From assembly GCF_009914755.1 (NCBI RefSeq), contig NC_060940.1: a stretch of DNA of 64,000 nucleotides; one strand, given 5' to 3'. This document shows, one piece after another, positions 10,889 through 24,600 of the stretch. Made by a program: the position numbers and the translations under genes. Numbering within the stretch: the first letter of the stretch is position 1; every line of letters begins with the position of its first letter. The notes beneath the pieces are model-generated. The model ran no database searches. It saw only the letters and a list, made by a program, of their open reading frames with translations, and was not told where the DNA came from. The DNA is from the human T2T-CHM13v2.0 reference genome, Homo sapiens.

Positions 10889-13800
10889 TGCTTTGAGGTC
10901 AACGGTAGAAAAGGAAATATCTTCGTATAAAAACTAGACAGAATGATTCTCAGAAACTGTTTTGTGATGTGTGCGTTCAACTCACAGAGTTTAACCTTTC
11001 TTTTCAAAGAGCAGTTAGGAAACACTCTGTTTGTAAAGTCTGCAAGTGGATATTCAGACCTCTTTGAGGCCTTCGTTGGAAACGGGATTTCTTCATATTA
11101 TGCTAGACAGATGAATTCTCAGTAACTTCCTTGTGTTGTGTGTATTCAAGTCACAGAGTTGAACGATCCTTTACACAGAGCAGATTTGAAACACTGTTTT
11201 TCTGGAATTTGCAAGTGGAGATTTCAGCCGCTTTGAGGTCAATGGTAGAAAAGGAAATATCTTCGTATAAAAACTAGACAGAATGATTCTCAGAAACTCC
11301 TTTGTGATGTGTGCGTTCAACTCACAGAGTTTAACCTTTCTTTTCACAGAGCAGTTAGGAAACACTCTGTTTGTGAAGCCTGCCAGTGGATATTCGGACC
11401 TCTTTGAGGCCTTCGTTGGAAACGGGATTTCTTCATATTATGCTAGACAGAAGATTTCTCAGTAACTTCTTTGTGTTGTGTGTATGCAACTCACAGAGTT
11501 CAACCTTCCTTTAGACAGAGCAGATTTGAAACACTCTTTTTGTGGAATTTGCAAGTGGAGATTTCAAGCGCTTCGATGCCAATGGTAGAAAAGGAAATAT
11601 CTTCGTATAAAAACAAGACAAACTCGTTCCCAGACACTGCGTAGTGATGTGTGTGTTTAACTCACAGAGTTTCACCTTTCTTTTCATACAGCATTCTGGA
11701 AACCCTCTGTTTGTAAAGTCTGCAAGTGGATATTTGGACCTCTTAGATGCCTTCGTTGGAAACGGGATTTCTTCATATAATGCTAGAGGGAAGAATTCTT
11801 AGTAACTTCTTTGTGTTTTGTGTATTCAACTGACAGAGTTGAACCTTCCTTTAGACAGAGCAGATTTGAAAGTCTCTTTTTGTGGAATTTGCAAGTGGAG
11901 ATTTCAAGCGCTTTGAGGCCAAAAGCAGAAAAGGAAATATTTTCCTATACAAACTCGACAGAATCTTTCTCAGAAACTGCTCTGGGATGTGTGTGTTCAA
12001 CTCACAGAGTTTAACATTCTTTTCATTCAGCAGTTTGGAAACACTCTGTTTGGAAAGTCTGCACGTGGATATTTTGACCTCTTTGAGGCCTTCGTTGGAA
12101 ACGGGTTTTTTTCATGTAAGGCTAGACAGAAGAAATCTCAGTAATTTCCTTGTGTTGTGTGTATTCAACTGACAGAGTTGAACCTTCCTTTAGACAGAGC
12201 AGATTCGAAACGCTCTTTTTCTGCAATTTGCAAGTGGAGACTTCAAGCGCTTTGAGGCCAAGGCAGAAAAGGAAATATCTTCGTATAAAAACCCGACAGA
12301 ATCATTCTCAGAAACTGCTCTGTGATGTGTGCGTTCAACTCACAGAGTTTAACTTTTCTTTTCATTCAGCAGTTTGGAAACACTCTGTTTGTAAAGTCTG
12401 CAAGTGGATATCTTGGCCTCTTAGAGGCCTTCGTTGGAAACGCGTTTTTTCATGTAAGGTTAGACAGAGGAATTCCCAGTAACTTCCTTGTGTTGTGTGC
12501 ATTCAACTCACAGAGTTGAATGATTCTTTACACAGAGCAGATTTGAGACACACTTTTGGTGGAATTTGTAAGTGGAGAATTCAGCCGCTTTGAGGTCAAC
12601 GGTAGAAAAGGAAATATCTTCGTATAAAAACTAGAAAGAATGATTCTCAGAAACTGTTTTGTGATGTGTGCGTTCAACTCACAGAGTTTAACCTTTCTTT
12701 TCAAAGAGCAGTTAGGAAACACTCTGTTTGTAAAGTCTACAAGTGGATATTCAGACCTCTTTGAAGCCTTCGTTGGAAACGGGATTTCATCATATTATGC
12801 TAGACAGATGAATTCTCAGTAACTTCCTTGTGTTGTGTGTATTCAACTCACAGAGTTGAACGATCCTTTACACAGAGCAGATTTGAAACACTGTTTTTCT
12901 GGAATTTGCAAGTGGAGATTTCAGCCGCTTTGAGGTCAATGGTAGAAAAGGAAATATCTTCGTATAAAAACTGGACAGAATGATTCTCAGAAACTCCTTT
13001 GTGATGTGTGCGTTCAACTCACAGAGTTTAACCTTTCTTTTCACAGAGCAGTTAGGAAACACTCTGTTTGTGAAGCCTGCCAGTGGATATTCGGACCTCT
13101 TTGAGGCCTTCGTTGGAAACGGGATTTCTTCATATTTTGCTAGACAGAAGATTTCTCAGTAACTTCTTTGTGTTGTGTGTATGCAACTCACAGAGTTCAA
13201 CCTTCCTTTAGACAGAGCAGATTTGAAACACTCTTTTTGTGGAATTTGCAAGTGGAGATTTCAAGCGCTTCGATGCCAATGGTAGAAAAGGAAATATCTT
13301 CGTATAAAAACAAGACAAACTCGTTCCCAGACACTGCGTAGTGATGTGTGTGTTTAACTCACAGAGTTTAACCTTTCTTTTCATACAGCATTCTGGAAAC
13401 CCTCTGTTTGTAAAGTCTGCAAGTGGATATTTGGACCTCTTAGATGCCTTCGTTGGAAACGGGATTTCCTCATATAATGCTAGAGGGAAGAATTCTTAGT
13501 AACTTCTTTGTGTTGTGTGTATTCAACTGACAGAGTTGAACCTTCCTTTAGACAGAGCAGATTTGAAAGTCTCTTTTTGTGGAATTTGCAAGTGGAGATT
13601 TCAAGCGCTTTGAGGCCAAAAGCAGAAAAGGAAATATTTTCCTATAAAAACTCGACAGAATCTTTCTCAGAAACTGCTCTGGGATGTGTGCGTTCAACTC
13701 ACAGAGTTTAACTTTTCTTTTCATTCAGCAGTTTGGAAACACTCTGTTTGGAAAGTCTGCACGTGGATATTTTGACCTCTTTGAGGCCTTCGTTGGAAAC

Positions 13801-13910
13801 GGGTTTTTTTCATGTAAGGCTAGACAGAAGAAATCTCAGTAACTTCCTTGTGTTGTGTGTATTCAACTGACAGAGTTGAACCTTCCTTTAGACAGAGCAG
13901 ATTCGAAACG
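10889..13910 (+). repeat. Divergent HOR segment (U7-U8) including the only 1,697-bp unit
   Basis: About 18 substitutions relative to neighbouring units plus two 1-bp deletions (about 12016 and 12260). Confidence 0.85.
12429..12445 (+). promoter_or_regulatory. Mutated, probably non-binding CENP-B box
   Basis: CTTCGTTGGAAACGCGT: G>C at 12443 falls in the essential CGGG core. Confidence 0.85.
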
Positions 13911-16900
13911 CTCTTTTTCTGCAATTTGCAAGTGGAGACTTCAAGCGCTTTGAGGCCAAAGGCAGAAAAGGAAATATCTTCGTATAAAAACCCGACAGAA
14001 TCATTCTCAGAAACTGCTCTGTGATGTGTGCGTTCAACTCACAGAGTTTAACTTTTCTTTTCATTCAGCAGTTTGGAAACACTCTGTTTGTAAAGTCTGC
14101 AAGTGGATATCTTGGCCTCTTAGAGGCCTTCGTTGGAAACGGGTTTTTTCATGTAAGGTTAGACAGAGGAATTCCCAGTAACTTCCTTGTGTTGTGTGCA
14201 TTCAACTCACAGAGTTGAATGATTCTTTACACAGAGCAGTTTTGAGACACTCTTTTGGTGGAATTTGTAAGTGGAGAATTCAGCCGCTTTGAGGTCAACG
14301 GTAGAAAAGGAAATATCTTCGTATAAAAACTAGACAGAATGATTCTCAGAAACTGTTTTGTGATGTGTGCGTTCAACTCACAGAGTTTAACCTTTCTTTT
14401 CAAAGAGCAGTTAGGAAACACTCTGTTTGTAAAGTCTGCAAGTGGATATTCAGACCTCTTTGAGGCCTTCGTTGGAAACGGGATTTCTTCATATTATGCT
14501 AGACAGATGAATTCTCAGTAACTTCCTTGTGTTGTGTGTATTCAACTCACAGAGTTGAACGATCCTTTACACAGAGCAGATTTGAAACACTGTTTTTCTG
14601 GAATTTGCAAGTGGAGATTTCAGCCGCTTTGAGGTCAATGGTAGAAAAGGAAATATCTTCGTATAAAAACTAGACAGAATGATTCTCAGAAACTCCTTTG
14701 TGATGTGTGCGTTCAACTCACAGGGTTTAACCTTTCTTTTCACAGAGCAGTTAGGAAACACTCTGTTTGTGAAGCCTGCCAGTGGATATTCGGACCTCTT
14801 TGAGGCCTTCGTTGGAAACGGGATTTCTTCATATTATGCTAGACAGAAGATTTCTCAGTAACTTCTTTGTGTTGTGTGTATGCAACTCACAGAGTTCAAC
14901 CTTCCTTTAGACAGAGCAGATTTGAAACACTCTTTTTGTGGAATTTGCAAGTGGAGATTTCAAGCGCTTCGATGCCAATGGTAGAAAAGGAAATATCTTC
15001 GTATAAAAACAAGACAAACTCGTTCCCAGACACTGCGTAGTGATGTGTGTGTTTAACTCACAGAGTTTCACCTTTCTTTTCATACAGCATTCTGGAAACC
15101 CTCTGTTTGTAAAGTCTGCAAGTGGATATTTGGACCTCTTAGATGCCTTCGTTGCAAACGGGATTTCTTCATATAATGCTAGAGGGAAGAATTCTTAGTA
15201 ACTTCTTTGTGTTGTGTGTATTCAACTGACAGAGTTGAACCTTCCTTTAGACAGAGCAGATTTGAAAGTCTCTTTTTGTGGAATTTGCAAGTGGAGATTT
15301 CAAGCGCTTTGAGGCCAAAAGCAGAAAAGGAAATATTTTCCTATAAAAACTCGACAGAATCTTTCTCAGAAACTGCTCTGGGATGTGTGCGTTCAACTCA
15401 CAGAGTTTAACTTTTCTTTTCATTCAGCAGTTTGGAAACACTCTGTTTGGAAAGTCTGCACGTGGATATTTTGACCTCTTTGAGGCCTTCGTTGGAAACG
15501 GGTTTTTTTCATGTAAGGCTAGACAGAAGAAATCTCAGTAACTTCCTTGTGTTGTGTGTATTCAACTGACAGAGTTGAACCTTCCTTTAGACAGAGCAGA
15601 TTCGAAACACTCTTTTTCTGCAATTTGCAAGTGGAGACTTCAAGCGCTTTGAGGCCAAAGGCAGAAAAGGAAATATCTTCGTATAAAAACCCGACAGAAT
15701 CATTCTCAGAAACTGCTCTGTGATGTGTGCGTTCAACTCACAGAGTTTAACTTTTCTTTTCATTCAGCAGTTTGGAAACACTCTGTTTGTAAAGTCTGCA
15801 AGTGGATATCTTGGCCTCTTAGAGGCCTTCGTTGGAAACGGGTTTTTTCATGTAAGGTTAGACAGAGGAATTCCCAGTAACTTCCTTGTGTTGTGTGCAT
15901 TCAACTCACAGAGTTGAATGATTCTTTACACAGAGCAGTTTTGAGACACTCTTTTGGTGGAATTTGTAAGTGGAGAATTCAGCCGCTTTGATGTCAACGG
16001 TAGAAAAGGAAATATCTTCGTATAAAAACTAGACAGAATGATTCTCAGAAACTGTTTTGTGATGTGTGCGTTCAACTCACAGAGTTTAACCTTTCTTTTC
16101 AAAGAGCAGTTAGGAAACACTCTGTTTGTAAAGTCTGCAAGTGGATATTCAGACCTCTTTGAGGCCTTCGTTGGAAACGGGATTTCTTCATATTATGCTA
16201 GACAGATGAATTCTCAGTAACTTCCTTGTGTTGTGTGTATTCAACTCACAGAGTTGAACGATCCTTTACACAGAGCAGATTTGAAACATTGTTTTTCTGT
16301 AATTTGCAAGTGGAGATTTCAGCCGCTTTGAGGTCAATGGTAGAAAAGGAAATATCTTCGTATAAAAACTAGACAGAATGATTCTCAGAAACTCCTTTGT
16401 GATGTGTGCGTTCAACTCACAGGGTTTAACCTTTCTTTTCACAGAGCAGTTAGGAAACACTCTGTTTGTGAAGCCTGCCAGTGGATATTCGGACCTCTTT
16501 GAGGCCTTCGTTGGAAACGGGATTTCTTCATATTATGCTAGACAGAAGATTTCTCAGTAACTTCTTTGTGTTGTGTGTATGCAACTCACAGAGTTCAACC
16601 TTCCTTTAGACAGAGCAGATTTGAAACACTCTTTTTGTGGAATTTGCAAGTGGAGATTTCAAGCGCTTCGATGCCAATGGTAGAAAAGGAAATATCTTCG
16701 TATAAAAACAAGACAAACTCGTTCCCAGACACTGCGTAGTGATGTGTGTGTTTAACTCACAGAGTTTCACCTTTCTTTTCATACAGCATTCTGGAAACCC
16801 TCTGTTTGTAAAGTCTGCAAGTGGATATTTGGACCTCTTAGATGCCTTCGTTGCAAACGGGATTTCTTCATATAATGCTAGAGGGAAGAATTCTTAGTAA

Positions 16901-19900
16901 CTTCTTTGTGTTGTGTGTATTCAACTGACAGAGTTGAACCTTCCTTTAGACAGAGCAGATTTGAAAGTCTCTTTTTGTGGAATTTGCAAGTGGAGATTTC
17001 AAGCGCTTTGAGGCCAAAAGCAGAAAAGGAAATATTTTCCTATAAAAACTCGACAGAATCTTTCTCAGAAACTGCTCTGGGATGTGTGCGTTCAACTCAC
17101 AGAGTTTAACTTTTCTTTTCATTCAGCAGTTTGGAAACACTCTGTTTGGAAAGTCTGCACGTGGATATTTTGACCTCTTTGAGGCCTTCGTTGGAAACGG
17201 GTTTTTTTCATGTAAGGCTAGACAGAAGAAATCTCAGTAACTTCCTTGTGTTGTGTGTATTCAACTGACAGAGTTGAACCTTCCTTTAGACAGAGCAGAT
17301 TCGAAACACTCTTTTTCTGCAATTTGCAAGTGGAGACTTCAAGCGCTTTGAGGCCAAAGGCAGAAAAGGAAATATCTTCGTATAAAAACCCGACAGAATC
17401 ATTCTCAGAAACTGCTCTGTGATGTGTGCGTTCAACTCACAGAGTTTAACTTTTCTTTTCATTCAGCAGTTTGGAAACACTCTGTTTGTAAAGTCTGCAA
17501 GTGGATATCTTGGCCTCTTAGAGGCCTTCGTTGGAAACGGGTTTTTTCATGTAAGGATAGACAGAGGAATTCCCAGTAACTTCCTTGTGTTGTGTGCATT
17601 CAACTCACAGAGTTGAATGATTCTTTACACAGAGCAGATTTGAGACACTCTTTTGGTGGAATTTGTAAGTGGAGAATTCAGCCGCTTTGAGGTCAACGGT
17701 AGAAAAGGAAATATCTTCGTATAAAAACTAGACAGAATGATTCTCAGAAACTGTTTTGTGATGTGTGCGTTCAACTCACAGAGTTTAACCTTTCTTTTCA
17801 AAGAGCAGTTAGGAAACACTCTGTTTGTAAAGTCTGCAAGTGGATATTCAGACCTCTTTGAGGCCTTCGTTGGAAACGGGATTTCTTCATATTATGCTAG
17901 ACAGATGAATTCTCAGTAACTTCCTTGTGTTGTGTGTATTCAACTCACAGAGTTGAACGATCCTTTACACAGAGCAGATTTGAAACACTGTTTTTCTGGA
18001 AATTGCAAGTGGAGATTTCAGCCGCTTTGAGGTCAATGGTAGAAAAGGAAATATCTTCGTATAAAAACTAGACAGAATGATTCTCAGAAACTCCTTTGTG
18101 ATGTGTGCGTTCAACTCACAGGGTTTAACCTTTCTTTTCACAGAGCAGTTAGGAAACACTCTGTTTGTGAAGCCTGCCAGTGGATATTCGGACCTCTTTG
18201 AGGCCTTCGTTGGAAACGGGATTTCTTCATATTATGCTAGACAGAAGATTTCTCAGTAACTTCTTTGTGTTGTGTGTATGCAACTCACAGAGTTCAACCT
18301 TCCTTTAGACAGAGCAGATTTGAAACACTCTTTTTGTGGAATTTGCAAGTGGAGATTTCAAGCGCTTCGATGCCAATGGTAGAAAAGGAAATATCTTCGT
18401 ATAAAAACAAGACAAACTCGTTCCCAGACACTGCGTAGTGATGTGTGTGTTTAACTCACAGAGTTTAACCTTTCTTTTCATACAGCATTCTGGAAACCCT
18501 GTGTTTGTAAAGTCTGCAAGTGGATATTTGGACCTCTTAGATGCCTTCGTTGGAAACGGGATTTCTTCATATAATGCTAGAGGGAAGAATTCTTAGTAAC
18601 TTCTTTGTGTTGTGTGTATTCAACTGACAGAGTTGAACCTTCCTTTAGACAGAGCAGATTTGAAAGTCTCTTTTTGTGGAATTTGCAAGTGGAGATTTCA
18701 AGCGCTTTGAGGCCAAAAGCAGAAAAGGAAATATTTTCCTATAAAAACTCGACAGAATCTTTCTCAGAAACTGCTCTGGGATGTGTGCGTTCAACTCACA
18801 GAGTTTAACTTTTCTTTTCATTCAGCAGTTTGGAAACACTCTGTTTGGAAAGTCTGCACGTGGATATTTTGACCTCTTTGAGGCCTTCGTTGGAAACGGG
18901 TTTTTTTCATGTAAGGCTAGACAGAAGAAATCTCAGTAACTTCCTTGTGTTGTGTGTATTCAACTGACAGAGTTGAACCTTCCTTTAGACAGAGCAGATT
19001 CGAAACACTCTTTTTCTGCAATTTGCAAGTGGAGACTTCAAGCGCTTTGAGGCCAAAGGCAGAAAAGGAAATATCTTCGTATAAAAACCCGACAGAATCA
19101 TTCTCAGAAACTGCTCTGTGATGTGTGCGTTCAACTCACAGAGTTTAACTTTTCTTTTCATTCAGCAGTTTGGAAACACTCTGTTTGTAAAGTCTGCAAG
19201 TGGATATCTTGGCCTCTTAGAGGCCTTCGTTGGAAACGGGTTTTTTCATGTAAGGTTAGACAGAGGAATTCCCAGTAACTTCCTTGTGTTGTGTGCATTC
19301 AACTCACAGAGTTGAATGATTCTTTACACAGAGCAGTTTTGAGACACTCTTTTGGTGGAATTTGTAAGTGGAGAATTCAGCCGCTTTGAGGTCAACGGTA
19401 GAAAAGGAAATATCTTCGTATAAAAACTAGACAGAATGATTCTCAGAAACTGTTTTGTGATGTGTGCGTTCAACTCACAGAGTTTAACCTTTGTTTTCAA
19501 AGAGCAGTTAGGAAACACTCTGTTTGTAAAGTCTGCAAGTGGATATTCAGACCTCTTTGAGGCCTTCGTTGGAAACGGGATTTCTTCATATTATGCTAGA
19601 CAGATGAATTCTCAGTAACTTCCTTGTGTTGTGTGTATTCAACTCACAGAGTTGAACGATCCTTTACACAGAGCAGATTTGAAACACTGTTTTTCTGGAA
19701 TTTGCAAGTGGAGATTTCAGCCGCTTTGAGGTCAATGGTAGAAAAGGAAATATCTTCGTATAAAAACTAGACAGAATGATTCTCAGAAACTCCTTTGTGA
19801 TGTGTGCGTTCAACTCACAGGGTTTAACCTTTCTTTTCACAGAGCAGTTAGGAAACACTCTGTTTGTGAAGCCTGCCAGTGGATATTCGGACCTCTTTGA

Positions 19901-21699
19901 GGCCTTCGTTGGAAACGGGATTTCTTCATATTATGCTAGACAGAAGATTTCTCAGTAACTTCTTTGTGTTGTGTGTATGCAACTCACAGAGTTCAACCTT
20001 CCTTTAGACAGAGCAGATTTGAAACACTCTTTTTGTGGAATTTGCAAGTGGAGATTTCAAGCGCTTCGATGCCAATGGTAGAAAAGGAAATATCTTCGTA
20101 TAAAAACAAGACAAACTCGTTCCCAGACACTGCGTAGTGATGTGTGTGTTTAACTCACAGAGTTTCACCTTTCTTTTCATACAGCATTCTGGAAACCCTC
20201 TGTTTGTAAAGTCTGCAAGTGGATATTTGGACCTCTTAGATGCCTTCGTTGCAAACGGGATTTCTTCATATAATGCTAGAGGGAAGAATTCTTAGTAACT
20301 TCTTTGTGTTGTGTGTATTCAACTGACAGAGTTGAACCTTCCTTTAGACAGAGCAGATTTGAAAGTCTCTTTTTGTGGAATTTGCAAGTGGAGATTTCAA
20401 GCGCTTTGAGGCCAAAAGCAGAAAAGGAAATATTTTCCTATAAAAACTCGACAGAATCTTTCTCAGAAACTGCTCTGGGATGTGTGCGTTCAACTCACAG
20501 AGTTTAACTTTTCTTTTCATTCAGCAGTTTGGAAACACTCTGTTTGGAAAGTCTGCACGTGGATATTTTGACCTCTTTGAGGCCTTCGTTGGAAACGGGT
20601 TTTTTTCATGTAAGGCTAGACAGAAGAAATCTCAGTAACTTCCTTGTGTTGTGTGTATTCAACTGACAGAGTTGAACCTTCCTTTAGACAGAGCAGATTC
20701 GAAACACTCTTTTTCTGCAATTTGCAAGTGGAGACTTCAAGCGCTTTGAGGCCAAAGGCAGAAAAGGAAATATCTTCGTATAAAAACCCGACAGAATCAT
20801 TCTCAGAAACTGCTCTGTGATGTGTGCGTTCAACTCACAGAGTTTAACTTTTCTTTTCATTCAGCAGTTTGGAAACACTCTGTTTGTAAAGTCTGCAAGT
20901 GGATATCTTGGCCTCTTAGAGGCCTTCGTTGGAAACGGGTTTTTTCATGTAAGGATAGACAGAGGAATTCCCAGTAACTTCCTTGTGTTGTGTGCATTCA
21001 ACTCACAGAGTTGAATGATTCTTTACACAGAGCAGATTTGAGACACTCTTTGGGTGGAATTTGTAAGTGGAGAATTCAGCCGCTTTGAGGTCAACGGTAG
21101 AAAAGGAAATATCTTCGTATAAAAACTAGACAGAATGATTCTCAGAAACTGTTTTGTGATGTGTGCGTTCAACTCACAGAGTTTAACCTTTCTTTTCAAA
21201 GAGCAGTTAGGAAACACTCTGTTTGTAAAGTCTGCAAGTGGATATTCAGACCTCTTTGAGGCCTTCGTTGGAAACGGGATTTCTTCATATTATGCTAGAC
21301 AGATGAATTCTCAGTAACTTCCTTGTGTTGTGTGTATTCAACTCACAGAGTTGAACGATCCTTTACACAGAGCAGATTTGAAACACTGTTTTTCTGGAAA
21401 TTGCAAGTGGAGATTTCAGCCGCTTTGAGGTCAATGGTAGAAAAGGAAATATCTTCGTATAAAAACTAGACAGAATGATTCTCAGAAACTCCTTTGTGAT
21501 GTGTGCGTTGAACTCACAGGGTTTAACCTTTCTTTTCACAGAGCAGTTAGGAAACACTCTGTTTGTGAAGCCTGCCAGTGGATATTCGGACCTCTTTGAG
21601 GCCTTCGTTGGAAACGGGATTTCTTCATATTATGCTAGACAGAAGATTTCTCAGTAACTTCTTTGTGTTGTGTGTATGCAACTCACAGAGTTCAACCTT

Positions 21700-24600
21700 C
21701 CTTTAGACAGAGCAGATTTGAAACACTCTTTTTGTGGAATTTGCAAGTGGAGATTTCAAGCGCTTCGATGCCAATGGTAGAAAAGGAAATATCTTCGTAT
21801 AAAAACAAGACAAACTCGTTCCCAGACACTGCGTAGTGATGTGTGTGTTTAACTGACAGAGTTTAACCTTTCTTTTCATACAGCATTCTGGAAACCCTGT
21901 GTTTGTAAAGTCTGCAAGTGGATATTTGGACCTCTTAGATGCCTTCGTTGGAAACGGGATTTCTTCATATAATGCTAGAGGGAAGAATTCTTAGTAACTT
22001 CTTTGTGTTGTGTGTATTCAACTGACAGAGTTGAACCTTCCTTTAGACAGAGCAGATTTGAAAGTCTCTTTTTGTGGAATTTGCAAGTGGAGATTTCAAG
22101 CGCTTTGAGGCCAAAAGCAGAAAAGGAAATATTTTCCTATAAAAACTCGACAGAATCTTTCTCAGAAACTGCTCTGGGATGTGTGCGTTCAACTCACAGA
22201 GTTTAACTTTTCTTTTCATTCAGCAGTTTGGAAACACTCTGTTTGGAAAGTCTGCACGTGGATATTTTGACCTCTTTGAGGCCTTCGTTGGAAACGGGTT
22301 TTTTTCATGTAAGGCTAGACAGAAGAAATCTCAGTAACTTCCTTGTGTTGTGTGTATTCAACTGACAGAGTTGAACCTTCCTTTAGACAGAGCAGATTCG
22401 AAACACTCTTTTTCTGCAATTTGCAAGTGGAGACTTCAAGCGCTTTGAGGCCAAAGGCAGAAAAGGAAATATCTTCGTATAAAAACCCGACAGAATCATT
22501 CTCAGAAACTGCTCTGTGATGTGTGCGTTCAACTCACAGAGTTTAACTTTTCTTTTCATTCAGCAGTTTGGAAACACTCTGTTTGTAAAGTCTGCAAGTG
22601 GATATCTTGGCCTCTTAGAGGCCTTCGTTGGAAACGGGTTTTTTCATGTAAGGATAGACAGAGGAATTCCCAGTAACTTCCTTGTGTTGTGTGCATTCAA
22701 CTCACAGAGTTGAATGATTCTTTACACAGAGCAGATTTGAGACACTCTTTGGGTGGAATTTGTAAGTGGAGAATTCAGCCGCTTTGAGGTCAACGGTAGA
22801 AAAGGAAATATCTTCGTATAAAAACTAGACAGAATGATTCTCAGAAACTGTTTTGTGATGTGTGCGTTCAACTCACAGAGTTTAACCTTTCTTTTCAAAG
22901 AGCAGTTAGGAAACACTCTGTTTGTAAAGTCTGCAAGTGGATATTCAGACCTCTTTGAGGCCTTCGTTGGAAACGGGATTTCTTCATATTATGCTAGACA
23001 GATGAATTCTCAGTAACTTCCTTGTGTTGTGTGTATTCAACTCACAGAGTTGAACGATCCTTTACACAGAGCAGATTTGAAACACTGTTTTTCTGGAAAT
23101 TGCAAGTGGAGATTTCAGCCGCTTTGAGGTCAATGGTAGAAAAGGAAATATCTTCGTATAAAAACTAGACAGAATGATTCTCAGAAACTCCTTTGTGATG
23201 TGTGCGTTCAACTCACAGGGTTTAACCTTTCTTTTCACAGAGCAGTTAGGAAACACTCTGTTTGTGAAGCCTGCCAGTGGATATTCGGACCTCTTTGAGG
23301 CCTTCGTTGGAAACGGGATTTCTTCATATTATGCTAGACAGAAGATTTCTCAGTAACTTCTTTGTGTTGTGTGTATGCAACTCACAGAGTTCAACCTTCC
23401 TTTAGACAGAGCAGATTTGAAACACTCTTTTTGTGGAATTTGCAAGTGGAGATTTCAAGCGCTTCGATGCCAATGGTAGAAAAGGAAATATCTTAGTATA
23501 AAAACAAGACAAACTCGTTCCCAGACACTGCGTAGTGATGTGTGTGTTTAACTGACAGAGTTTAACCTTTCTTTTCATACAGCATTCTGGAAACCCTGTG
23601 TTTGTAAAGTCTGCAAGTGGATATTTGGACCTCTTAGATGCCTTCGTTGGAAACGGGATTTCTTCATATAATGCTAGAGGGAAGAATTCTTAGTAACTTC
23701 TTTGTGTTGTGTGTATTCAACTGACAGAGTTGAACCTTCCTTTAGACAGAGCAGATTTGAAAGTCTCTTTTTGTGGAATTTGCAAGTGGAGATTTCAAGC
23801 GCTTTGAGGCCAAAAGCAGAAAAGGAAATATTTTCCTATAAAAACTCGACAGAATCTTTCTCAGAAACTGCTCTGGGATGTGTGCGTTCAACTCACAGAG
23901 TTTAACTTTTCTTTTCATTCAGCAGTTTGGAAACACTCTGTTTGGAAAGTCTGCACGTGGATATTTTGACCTCTTTGAGGCCTTCGTTGGAAACGGGTTT
24001 TTTTCATGTAAGGCTAGACAGAAGAAATCTCAGTAACTTCCTTGTGTTGTGTGTATTCAACTGACAGAGTTGAACCTTCCTTTAGACAGAGCAGATTCGA
24101 AACACTCTTTTTCTGCAATTTGCAAGTGGAGACTTCAAGCGCTTTGAGGCCAAAGGCAGAAAAGGAAATATCTTCGTATAAAAACCCGACAGAATCATTC
24201 TCAGAAACTGCTCTGTGATGTGTGCGTTCAACTCACAGAGTTTAACTTTTCTTTTCATTCAGCAGTTTGGAAACACTCTGTTTGTAAAGTCTGCAAGTGG
24301 ATATCTTGGCCTCTTAGAGGCCTTCGTTGGAAACGGGTTTTTTCATGTAAGGTTAGACAGAGGAATTCCCAGTAACTTCCTTGTGTTGTGTGCATTCAAC
24401 TCACAGAGTTGAATGATTCTTTACACAGAGCAGTTTTGAGACACTCTTTTGGTGGAATTTGTAAGTGGAGAATTCAGCCGCTTTGAGGTCAACGGTAGAA
24501 AAGGAAATATCTTCGTATAAAAACTAGACAGAATGATTCTCAGAAACTGTTTTGTGATGTGTGCGTTCAACTCACAGAGTTTAACCTTTCTTTTCAAAGA

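Noticed and set aside
11882-12482. Longer unique ORFs (96 and 110 aa)
   Set aside because: Created by the two 1-bp deletions in the divergent HOR fusing frames; no evidence of coding function.
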